17,029 nt of DNA, from assembly GCA_043803685.1 (NCBI GenBank), contig JAZDJU010000101.1:1-17029 (forward strand), in the 5' to 3' direction. The notes under the pieces were generated by a model, which saw nothing but the letters and a program-made list of their open reading frames with translations, was not told the DNA's origin and did not search any database. A program made the position numbers and the translations under genes. The stretch comes from Candidatus Omnitrophota bacterium. Its GTDB lineage: Bacteria; Omnitrophota; Omnitrophia; Omnitrophales; Aquincolibacteriaceae. Shown in pieces: positions 1-7,239 of this stretch (within the stretch, counting starts at the first letter, position 1; the number at the start of each line of letters is the position of its first letter).

Positions 1-733
1 GAAAGCATCGATCCGGATATCATCGTCTTTGATCTCGACCTCCGGAATATCATCCACTTCCGCGATCACATCCATCGACGCAAACGATGTGTGCCGTCGT
101 TTATTGGCATCAAAGGGTGATATCCGCACCAGCCGATGCACCCCCGACTCCGCCTTCAAATAACCGTAGGCGTACGCGCCCTGCACAATAAAGGTCGCGC
201 TTTTGATCCCCGCCTCTTCCCCCTGCATGAGATCGACCATCTGAACCACATAATCATGCTGCTCGGCCCAACGCGTGTACATCCGGTAAAGCATCTGAGC
301 CCAATCACAAGCCTCGGTCCCGCCTGCGCCGGAGTTGATACTGACAATCGCGTTATTCGGATCATAGGGTCCGGACAGAAGCCGCTGGAACTCAAGCAAC
401 TCGACTTCCCGGCCAAGCTTCGCGACCTCTTCCTGGAATTCTTTCAGGGACTCTTCCTGTTTCTCATCCATCATCCCGATGAGCTCCAGAAGATCGCCGG
501 AGGTTTGATGGGCTTTATGCCAGGGATCCACAACTTTTTTGAGGACTTTGAGTCGCTCCACCGTGGCCTGGGCATCCTGCTGCCGGTCCCAGAAATCGGC
601 CGCCGTCATCTTCTCATTAATATTGGAGATCTCGCGCTCTTGGGCCTCAAGGTCAAAGATACCCCCTTATCTCCTGGAGTTTACCCCTGAGATCCGTAAT
701 ACGGTCCTGAAGCGCGACGATTTCTTCTTTCAT
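1..733 (-). CDS. prfB: Peptide chain release factor 2, 3'-truncated by the window edge, translated through a +1 programmed frameshift
   Basis: Manual translation from ATG at 733 gives 26 codons (MKEEIVALQDRITDLRGKLQEIRGYL) then TGA. The +1 frame from 654 continues DLEAQERE...DFWD...SGAGGTEACDWAQML...GEEAGIKSATF...ESGVHRLVRISPFDANKRRHTSFAS...IRIDAF to base 1. SPF is the RF2 stop-recognition motif. Confidence 0.98.
652..667 (-). other. RF2 autoregulatory +1 ribosomal frameshift site
   Basis: Minus strand reads AGGGGG-TAT-CTT-TGA-C: internal SD-like sequence plus the CTT TGA C slippery/stop site, matching the canonical prfB signal. Confidence 0.97.
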
Positions 734-885
734 AGTCCAATGCCTTTCAATAATGAAATATAAAGTCCTGATAGGTGGAGTAGTGTACTGAATGAGGTTT
801 GATTTTACAAGAAGGAAGGGTGCGATAAAAATGCTGACACGCGCTCGTCATCGCTCCGAAACGTTCCGGGGACAACCCCCCGGAG

Positions 886-1074
886 TTAGAACATCGGATT
901 ATGCTTATGCTTGACCGTCGAAAGCTTCGCGGCCACCGCAAAAAATCCGATGAAGAGGATCAACCCCTTCGGATCGAACGCGTGAAAACCGAAAATGATA
1001 AAATAGAGGATCAGGCAGACCGTTACCGTCAACGCACAACCGGCAACCAACCGATGCCTCTGGGGCTCTGTCAT
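886..1074 (-). CDS. Small hypothetical membrane protein (62 aa, two hydrophobic segments)
   Basis: AGGAGG RBS 6 nt before ATG; hydrophobic stretches LVAGCALTVTVCLILYFIIFGF and LILFIGFFAVAA. Confidence 0.7.
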   Translation of the reverse strand: MTEPQRHRLVAGCALTVTVCLILYFIIFGFHAFDPKGLILFIGFFAVAAKLSTVKHKHNPMF

Positions 1075-1248
1075 AGGTCACCTCCTATTTGCCGTCCACT
1101 TCTACCTACCTAGAGGGTGTCAACCATACGAAACCGTCCAACCAGCCCAACATCTTTCATTCTCATGTACGACTTTATTCTAGGCTTCTTGATGGGAGAA
1201 AGCAAGACAACTACCGGAAAGCTGCCCGAGGGAACGGCCCGCTCTATC

Positions 1249-1279
1249 GATCGACATTCAGCATTCCCGAATGTCGATC
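1249..1279. terminator. 11-bp perfect hairpin immediately after the HTH gene stop, possible terminator or stability element
   Basis: GATCGACATTC-N9-GAATGTCGATC; no clear U-tract. Confidence 0.4.
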
Positions 1280-1529
1280 ATTCCAATTCGAAGAATTCTT
1301 TTTGCTTGGAGGAAGGAAGTTTAGCAAGGGCCTTTTCGACCGAGCGAAAGGAAACGCGCTCTTTGTGGAGATTTTTGTCGATCCAGCGGAAAAGGTCGGC
1401 TTTCTTGAAACGCACGCATTTTCCAAGTTTCACGTAAGGAATGAGCCCGAGATGCACCCATTGATAGACCGTGGAAGGTTTTACTTCGATCAGTTCGCTG
1501 ACCTGTTTGGCCGTCATCAACCGTTCCAT
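1278..1529 (-). CDS. Excisionase-like (HTH_17/MerR-fold) DNA-binding protein, ~83 aa
   Basis: MERLMTAKQVSELIEVKPSTVYQWVHLGLIPYVKLGKCVRFKKADLFRWI fits the Xis-family winged HTH pattern. ATG 1529 is preferred over 1574, which overlaps the upstream gene. Confidence 0.88.
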   Translation of the reverse strand: MERLMTAKQVSELIEVKPSTVYQWVHLGLIPYVKLGKCVRFKKADLFRWIDKNLHKERVSFRSVEKALAKLPSSKQKEFFELE

Positions 1530-1539
1530 AGAGGGCAGG

Positions 1540-1752
1540 TCAGACCTGCTTCGTCTCCTTTTTCTTGAAGGCATCGATCAAAAACAGCGTCGCCTTTCCA
1601 ATCATCCATATGGCTAAGAGTAGTATCAGAAGACCGACCGCGAAACGCAGGAACAAACCCAGCATGAGAAGGATCGGAAAAAGAATAATGCCGATCCCCG
1701 ACAGGATCAACGCCATAACGATCACGAGCAATCCAACCATAAATTCTTTCAT
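1540..1752 (-). CDS. Small hydrophobic membrane protein (70 aa)
   Basis: GGGGAGGG RBS before ATG 1752 (MKEFMVGLLVIV...); almost entirely hydrophobic with a basic tail KKKETKQV; 10 nt upstream of the HTH gene, so probably co-transcribed. Confidence 0.78.
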   Translation of the reverse strand: MKEFMVGLLVIVMALILSGIGIILFPILLMLGLFLRFAVGLLILLLAIWMIGKATLFLIDAFKKKETKQV

Positions 1753-1894
1753 AAAACCCTCCCCGGATGAACCCATGAAATACCAACAACGTAGCAACGC
1801 ATTATAGTCGCAATTACGCCGAAACGAGAAAGAAATTCAGCTGCAGTGAAACTGCGCGAACTATCATCGTGAGAAAAAAGCAGCGCTTTCTTCC

Positions 1895-1930
1895 TTCCCT
1901 AAAACACTTTTTTCGTTATAATGCCCCCCT
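1895..1930 (+). promoter_or_regulatory. Candidate sigma70 promoter for the tRNA-His transcript
   Basis: Perfect TATAAT (1917-1922) followed by C-rich discriminator-like GCCCCCCT; -35 is weak (TTCCCT, 16-nt spacer). Confidence 0.4.
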
Positions 1931-1989
1931 AGTTCGCAACATTTTTTTCGATAAATTTATGGCATGGCATCAGTTTGAAGTTTCGCGTA

Positions 1990-2008
1990 TTTCATGGCGG
2001 TCGTAGCT
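1990..2008 (+). repeat. 19-bp direct repeat of the tRNA-His 5' end (second copy 2113-2131)
   Basis: TTTCATGGCGGTCGTAGCT occurs exactly at 1990-2008 and 2113-2131. Confidence 0.9.
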
Positions 2009-2118
2009 TGGATCGGACAGGCGCATCATGTGCCTGCCGAAGCCATATCAAACCATCGGGGTTTGATACAGCTGAAAAATCATGGCATTGCAGATGCTTG
2101 TCGTTTTACATGTTTCAT

Positions 2119-2196
2119 GGCGGTCGTAGCTCAGCTGGTTAGAGCATCAGATTGTGGATCTGAGGGCCGCGGGTTCAAATCCCGTCGACCGCCCCA
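2119..2196 (+). tRNA. tRNA-His (GUG)
   Basis: 8-bp acceptor stem GGCGGTCG/CGACCGCC including the His-specific G-1:C73 pair; D-arm GCTC-AGCTGGTTA-GAGC; anticodon arm TCAGA-TTGTGGA-TCTGA; T-loop GGTTCAAATCC; encoded CCA. Confidence 0.98.
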
Positions 2197-2234
2197 AAAT
2201 CCCTTTTCGGTTTATTCCGGAAAGGGATTTTTTT
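2196..2234. terminator. Bidirectional rho-independent terminator between tRNA-His and the convergent sugar transferase
   Basis: AAAATCCCTTTTCGG-TTTATT-CCGGAAAGGGATTTT followed by further Ts. Confidence 0.85.
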
Positions 2235-2266
2235 CGGATCGTTTGAGGGAATGAAAACGAAGGTGG

Positions 2267-3700
2267 CTACTTCGCGCCGTGAGCGAAGAGAACGACAGGA
2301 ACGGTCTTGAGGAAAATCCCGAGGTCCAGCCAAAGCGACCATTGGTCAATGTAGCGGAGATCGAGCTTCATCCATTCGTCAAAATCGACGATCTTGTTGC
2401 GCCCGCTCACTTGCCACAGACACGTCAGCCCCGGACTCATGCTAAGACGCCGGCGCTGCCAAGGAACGTATTTTTCAACTTCCGCGGGGATCGGCGGCCG
2501 GGGCCCCACAATGGACATGTCCCCGTGCATCACATTATAAAACTGCGGCAGTTCGTCGAGACTGAATTTGCGCATCCACTTGCCGATCGGTGTTACGCGC
2601 GGATCATTCGTCATCTTGAATGCCGGCCCGCCCATTTCGTTATATTTTCGGATCTCCTCAAGCCGCTCCTCCGCGTCCTCCACCATCGTCCGGAATTTGT
2701 AGAGCATGAACCGTCGGCCGTTCACCCCCGAGCGTTCCTGCTTGAAAAAAATACCCCCCTTAGACGTTCCCTTGACCATGATCATGAGCGCCAGAAAAAG
2801 AGGACTGAGCACCAACATCGCGGTCACCGAAACCGCCACATCCAGAAACCGTTTCACCAGAAGCGCCCCGTATTGCCCGGAAGTGGTTTCAAAAGAAAGA
2901 AGAGGGAACCCACCCAGGTCCGTCATGCGTGATTTGGCGAATTTTAAATTGAAATAATCCATCCCCACACTCACCCTCTTGCCCAACTGCTCGCAGTAAA
3001 GGATCGCGTCCTCGATCTTTCCCATCCACGACCGCGGCACCACGAACACCACCTCATCCACCACATGCGCCGCCAGGATCGCCGGAAGATTCTCGAGCGT
3101 CCCCAACACTTTGTAACCCTGGATCTCCTGCCCGACCTTCTCCGGTTCATCGTCCACGTACCCCAGGATCCGGAGTCCCCAATCCCGGTGCTCATTCACA
3201 ATATCGACGAAATTCTGCGCCCGCGTTCCCGACCCCACGATCAAAATGTGGCGGTAGTTGTAGCCCTTGCGCCGAAGCACCAGGATGAATTCATACAACA
3301 GCACTTTCTCAAGGATCAGGAAAATACCGGACAGCATCACGACGAGCGTGATGTAGACCCGGCTCACATACTGCAACCCAAAAAGATAGGCCGAGCCGCT
3401 AAAAAGAAGCGTCACTAAAAAACCCGCCTTGCAAATATCTAAACAGAGCGCGGTGAGATCCTTGCCGCGAAAAGAGCGGTAGATCCCCATCACGGAAAGC
3501 GATCCGATCCAAAGCACCATCAAGACCGGGATCAGGTTGAAATAATAATGGATCGGGTAAAGAGAACCAACCGAGTCGCTTACGAAAAAATTCCGGAAGT
3601 AAGAAATTAGAAAATATCCCGCGAAAAAAGCAGCGCCGACCAGCGCGACATCCGCCACCACAAGCAACCTTCTTAAGAAATAATCTTTCTCTTTCAGCAT
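2267..3700 (-). CDS. Polyprenyl-phosphate glycosylphosphotransferase (WcaJ/WbaP-type priming sugar transferase)
   Basis: Four N-terminal TM helices, Rossmann-like ILIVGSG region, and C-terminal bacterial sugar transferase motifs KFRTM, DPRVT..G...RKFSLDELPQFYNV..GDMSIVGPRP, PGLTCLWQVSGRN, DLRYI. Confidence 0.96.
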   Translation of the reverse strand: MLKEKDYFLRRLLVVADVALVGAAFFAGYFLISYFRNFFVSDSVGSLYPIHYYFNLIPVLMVLWIGSLSVMGIYRSFRGKDLTALCLDICKAGFLVTLLFSGSAYLFGLQYVSRVYITLVVMLSGIFLILEKVLLYEFILVLRRKGYNYRHILIVGSGTRAQNFVDIVNEHRDWGLRILGYVDDEPEKVGQEIQGYKVLGTLENLPAILAAHVVDEVVFVVPRSWMGKIEDAILYCEQLGKRVSVGMDYFNLKFAKSRMTDLGGFPLLSFETTSGQYGALLVKRFLDVAVSVTAMLVLSPLFLALMIMVKGTSKGGIFFKQERSGVNGRRFMLYKFRTMVEDAEERLEEIRKYNEMGGPAFKMTNDPRVTPIGKWMRKFSLDELPQFYNVMHGDMSIVGPRPPIPAEVEKYVPWQRRRLSMSPGLTCLWQVSGRNKIVDFDEWMKLDLRYIDQWSLWLDLGIFLKTVPVVLFAHGAK

Positions 3701-4012
3701 ATTTTAATTTCCCAATAATATTTTATAGCATTCTTATACACGAATATTCTTTCAACACCATTTGTTAATGCCTTTGCTAAGTCCTGGAATTCCCTGATTT
3801 GTATAGTGAAAAAACTTTAATTTGCTCCTTGTGTTTTTGAAAACAATTGCGTACACTTTAGCCCGTAAATTACAGAAAAGCAAGGCTCGCATTAAATTTT
3901 TAAATTCGTCGGTTCGCTAAAAAAAATATTCCGCAGTTGAATTTTTTTCTGCTCCGATAATTAGTTTGGGAAAACAATGCCCCCCATCAAAAACACAAGC
4001 GGAGATCGTTCC

Positions 4013-4612
4013 ATGCTCAAGAGAATTCTGTTCGCGCTGTTCGTTGTTACCGTGACACTGAGCGTGATGTCCTCGGCTGCTTACGCGGCTTCGCTGAAAA
4101 GCCCACAAGCCCCGAAGCCCATCGACTATACCGCTGACTTTACCTCCGCCGACACCTATCAGGACAACGGTAGTACGACCCTAGAGGATCATTTCAATAC
4201 GAGCCTCGGAGAAAGCCCCTGGCTCAAGTTGGTTCTGTCGGGCGATAATGATTATGAGGACTGGAACAGCCCTAGCCGGAATTCGAGCGTGACCACCGAC
4301 TGGTTTTTTGGCGACACGAAAATGTTTTCGATCAACACGAACGGCGGCAGCGACAAAACAAAAGACACTTACTGGCTCTCCCCTTCCACGGATCTGCTTC
4401 AGGGCACCGGCCTTACGTGGAACGATCTCAAAAATAATTACGGCGCTTGGCATATCAACGCCTCTTACGAATGGAAGTTCGCGGGCAATACGGTTACAGG
4501 CACCGCAAATAATATCCCGTTCACCATGACCCCGGAACCGATCAGCATGGTCCTTTTTGGACTCGGCGCCGGAGTGCTCGGCCTCGCGCAGGTTCGTCGA
4601 AAAAAGAAATAA
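4013..4612 (+). CDS. PEP-CTERM sorting-domain protein 1
   Basis: GGAG RBS before ATG 4013; signal peptide MLKRILFALFVVTVTLSVMSSAAYA; C-terminal TPEP-ISMVLFGLGAGVLGLA-QVRRKKK. Confidence 0.93.
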   Translation: MLKRILFALFVVTVTLSVMSSAAYAASLKSPQAPKPIDYTADFTSADTYQDNGSTTLEDHFNTSLGESPWLKLVLSGDNDYEDWNSPSRNSSVTTDWFFGDTKMFSINTNGGSDKTKDTYWLSPSTDLLQGTGLTWNDLKNNYGAWHINASYEWKFAGNTVTGTANNIPFTMTPEPISMVLFGLGAGVLGLAQVRRKKK

Positions 4613-4639
4613 CCCGTACTTTTGGAAAGGATCCCTTTC

Positions 4640-5299
4640 ATGAAAAAGATCTTGTTGTTGGTTACGATCGTACTTGGGATAAGTTCAGCGTCCGCGTTCG
4701 CCTTGGATGTTCCGGCTTTCTCCGATGTGCCGACCGATTCGGTGCACGCGAGCAGTAATTGGAACAACTACAGCGGCTACCTCGTGAACCCCACGGATCA
4801 AAGTTCGAAACAACTTTGGACGGGCAAGTGGTACAACAATACTCTCAACACGCGCAGTTATCTTCAATTCACACTGCCCACGTTGTCCATCGCCTCGGCA
4901 AGCCTGATGTTGTACAGCTTCGAGAACGATGCCGCACAGGGCAACTCTTCCGTGAGCGTCTATGCCACGTCGACCGGGTGGAATGAAGCCACCATGACCT
5001 GGAACGATCAGCCTGTGCTGATCGGCAGTGCTCTGGCGACCACGACCGTCGGCAAGACTTTCGGCTGGTATTCCTGGGATATTTCAGAATATGCCAGCTC
5101 ACTCGTTCCGGGAGCCACGCTGAGTCTTGCATTGACTTCCACCGGCCCCGGCCATTCTTATTACGCGCGGGAATCTTCAACGGGATTTGGACCTAAATTA
5201 TCGATCACGACCACCCCTGAACCGGTCAGCATGGTCCTTTTCGGCCTTGGCGCCGGAGTGCTCGGCCTCGCGCAGTTTCGTCGCAACAAGAAAAAATAA
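4640..5299 (+). CDS. PEP-CTERM protein 2 with a DNRLRE/CBM96-like domain
   Basis: Signal peptide MKKILLLVTIVLGISSASAFA; motifs RSYLQF-L, IASASLMLY, W-E-TMTWNDQP, GWYSWDIS and ARES...PKLSI typical of that family; TPEP-TM-basic tail. Confidence 0.92.
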   Translation: MKKILLLVTIVLGISSASAFALDVPAFSDVPTDSVHASSNWNNYSGYLVNPTDQSSKQLWTGKWYNNTLNTRSYLQFTLPTLSIASASLMLYSFENDAAQGNSSVSVYATSTGWNEATMTWNDQPVLIGSALATTTVGKTFGWYSWDISEYASSLVPGATLSLALTSTGPGHSYYARESSTGFGPKLSITTTPEPVSMVLFGLGAGVLGLAQFRRNKKK

Positions 5300-5345
5300 G
5301 TAAGAAATTAATGAGTGCGTTTTATCAACCCTTAAGGAGTCGATC

Positions 5346-5972
5346 ATGAAGAAATTAGGATTGTTAGTACTCGCCCTGTCGTTGCTTTTCGTGGGCTCAG
5401 CCTTCGCTAGCATCGCGGCCGACGGCACTTACAAAATGACCGTCGATGACGCGTTCGAGCTCTACATCAGCCAGGACGATCATGTGCAAGGCACGCTCAT
5501 CGCGAGCGGCGATCACTGGCCGGACGCGCAGATCGGAACGTTCTATCTCGCACAGGGCACCAACTACATCCACGTCGTGGGTCGGGATGAACATCAAGTG
5601 ATCGCGGGATTTCTCGGCCAGTTCACTCTCCGCTCGGACAACCCTTACATCTTCGAGAACGGCACGAAGAAACTGCTTACCAACAAAAACGATTGGACGG
5701 TCCGCACCGACGGTTGGGATGATTCGTTCGCACGAGTGACTTCCTCCGGGAAAAATGCCGGCGCAGAACCTTGGATCAGCGTCAACGGGGGTCCGGTGGA
5801 TGGGATCAGCAAGAACGCAAAATGGATCTGGACCGACAAGGGCGATTACACGGAAAGCCCCCGCTATTTCTCGGCCAAGATCACCATGACCCCGGAACCG
5901 GTCAGCATGGTGCTTTTTGGCCTTGGCGCCGGAGTTCTCGGACTCGCGCATTTTCGTCGTAAAAAGAAATAA
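5346..5972 (+). CDS. PEP-CTERM protein 3, probable jelly-roll/lectin-like domain
   Basis: AAGGAG RBS; signal peptide ending AFA; TVDDAFELYI...GFLGQF...LLTN..DW...AKWIW pattern; TPEP-TM-basic tail. The domain call is tentative. Confidence 0.9.
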   Translation: MKKLGLLVLALSLLFVGSAFASIAADGTYKMTVDDAFELYISQDDHVQGTLIASGDHWPDAQIGTFYLAQGTNYIHVVGRDEHQVIAGFLGQFTLRSDNPYIFENGTKKLLTNKNDWTVRTDGWDDSFARVTSSGKNAGAEPWISVNGGPVDGISKNAKWIWTDKGDYTESPRYFSAKITMTPEPVSMVLFGLGAGVLGLAHFRRKKK

Positions 5973-5979
5973 ATCCAAC

Positions 5980-6008
5980 GGAACAGACAGGCTTCGCTTG
6001 CCTGTTCC
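5980..6008. repeat. Intergenic hairpin (ACAGGC...GCCTGT type)
   Basis: GGAACAGACAGGC-TTCGCTT-GCCTGTTCC; no U-tract, so possibly an mRNA stability/processing hairpin. Confidence 0.55.
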
Positions 6009-6029
6009 CTAAATATAAAAAGGGTTCAC

Positions 6030-7082
6030 ATGAAAAAATACGCTTGGATGTTCCTGGTGTGCGCATTGGGTCTTGGACTTTTTTCCGGAACTGGTCTTGC
6101 AGGTGAGAATGATGTGCGTGCGCCTCTTCCGGAAAATTTCAGTCCCTACATGACCCTCGACAAGAGCCTCGTCAAAACGACGTCGTTCGGCTGGGACGAG
6201 ACCCCCTTGGCGTATTTTTCCATTCCCGAGATCGACGTGAGCCGGACCCTCAATGTCACAAGGACCTGGAAATACGGCACGGAAACGGTCGCTGTAGAGC
6301 AGGAGTCCTACCCCAACATCGCTTCCCTCTTCCACTTGCAAGCTCTGGACAATTGGACCGATAAAGGCATCCGGCAGACCGGCAACTGGAGCGTTGAAAC
6401 CTTGTGGGGCTATGAAGGCAGCAAATACTCCACGCTCCGCAAGAACGCGTTCACCGTGACTCCGGAACCTTTCAGCGCGGCGCTCTTTGTGCTCGGCGGG
6501 TTGGCGATCTCGGCGCGGAAACTTCGCGGCAAGAATAGAAAAAAGAAACTCGCCGTGTTCCTCGGGTTTCTGCTCTGTCTTGGACTTCTGACACAGACCG
6601 GTTACGCATACTACATCGACCCCAGCGATGTCTACCCCCCGGAAGCCGTTGACTATACCCCTTTCACGACCCTGGAAAATGATGAGAGCGAAAAGACCCT
6701 GTTCGGCTGGGACGAAAAGCCATTCGTCTACTCCCTTTTCGACGAAGTGGACACAAGCCGCACGCTTAATCTGACGCGGGTCTGGAAATACGGCACAGAA
6801 ACGATCGCCACACAACAGGAATCATACTTCGACGGAGATGGCACCGATTACGGCAGCGGCTCCCTCGAGATCTGGAAGGGTCTTGATAACTGGACTGGTG
6901 TTTCGGGCGTCCGGAAAGCCGGAGATTGGACCGTCAACACGGAGTGGGGCTATAACGGCAGCGATTATACCGAGTTCGCCAAGAGCTCTTTTACCGTCAC
7001 CCCGGAACCGGTCAGCATGGTCCTCTTCGGCCTTGGCGCCGGCGTCCTCGGTCTCGCGCAGTTTCGTCGTAAAAAGAAATAA
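6030..7082 (+). CDS. Tandem double PEP-CTERM protein: two paralogous domains, each with its own signal peptide and sorting signal
   Basis: SP1 (to ...GTGLA), domain A, internal TPEP-FSAALFVLGGLAISA-RKLRGKNRKKK, second signal-like LAVFLGFLLCLGLLTQTGYA, paralogous domain B, terminal TPEP-TM-RRKKK. Confidence 0.92.
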   Translation: MKKYAWMFLVCALGLGLFSGTGLAGENDVRAPLPENFSPYMTLDKSLVKTTSFGWDETPLAYFSIPEIDVSRTLNVTRTWKYGTETVAVEQESYPNIASLFHLQALDNWTDKGIRQTGNWSVETLWGYEGSKYSTLRKNAFTVTPEPFSAALFVLGGLAISARKLRGKNRKKKLAVFLGFLLCLGLLTQTGYAYYIDPSDVYPPEAVDYTPFTTLENDESEKTLFGWDEKPFVYSLFDEVDTSRTLNLTRVWKYGTETIATQQESYFDGDGTDYGSGSLEIWKGLDNWTGVSGVRKAGDWTVNTEWGYNGSDYTEFAKSSFTVTPEPVSMVLFGLGAGVLGLAQFRRKKK

Positions 7083-7091
7083 ATTTTTAGC

Positions 7092-7133
7092 AAAAAAAGG
7101 ACAGGCACACACCTATTGCCTGTCCTTTTTTTT
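7092..7133. terminator. Rho-independent terminator closing the PEP-CTERM array
   Basis: A7-GGACAGGCA-N9-TGCCTGTCC-T8. Confidence 0.9.
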
Positions 7134-7202
7134 GTCATAGCTTGAGGCATTGGCTAGAGTCTATAAGCATTGATCTTCACGCTTTGCCGATCGCCGTACT
7201 CC

Positions 7203-7232
7203 TTGCTCCGTACTTCGTGAATCGAGTATAAT
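7203..7232 (+). promoter_or_regulatory. Candidate sigma70 promoter for exosortase, implying a leaderless start at ATG 7240
   Basis: TTGCTC-18nt-TATAAT, then 7 nt to ATG 7240. ATG 7231 overlaps the -10 box and no RBS is visible. Confidence 0.5.
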
Positions 7233-7239
7233 GCGCCCC

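Larger units (their letters stand above)
4531..7082 (+). repeat. Four near-identical ~82-bp PEP-CTERM tail-coding repeats (4531-4612, ~5215-5299, 5891-5972, 7001-7082)
   Basis: Manual comparison: copies 3 and 4 match at 75/82 nt; copies 1 and 3 at 73/82 nt. Confidence 0.92.

Noticed and set aside
136..690. 184-aa plus-strand ORF
   Set aside because: Antisense shadow of prfB.
1089..1568. 159-aa plus-strand ORF and overlapping short ORFs
   Set aside because: Antisense to the HTH gene; no recognisable motifs.
886..2196. Prophage or integrative element at tRNA-His suggested by the Xis-like gene
   Set aside because: No integrase, no phage genes, and no duplicate of the tRNA 3' end in the window.
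1994..2254. 86-aa ORF MAVVAW...
   Set aside because: Runs through tRNA-His and its terminator; its repeated MAVVA merely reflects the tRNA 5' duplication.
3701..4012. Sigma54 promoter or riboswitch upstream of the PEP-CTERM array
   Set aside because: No TGGCAC-N5-TTGC match and no recognisable riboswitch consensus by eye.
4531..7082. CRISPR-like or DGR-like interpretation of the dispersed repeats
   Set aside because: The repeats are in-frame coding tails 0.7-1.1 kb apart; there is no cas or reverse transcriptase gene, and mismatches are not adenine-specific.
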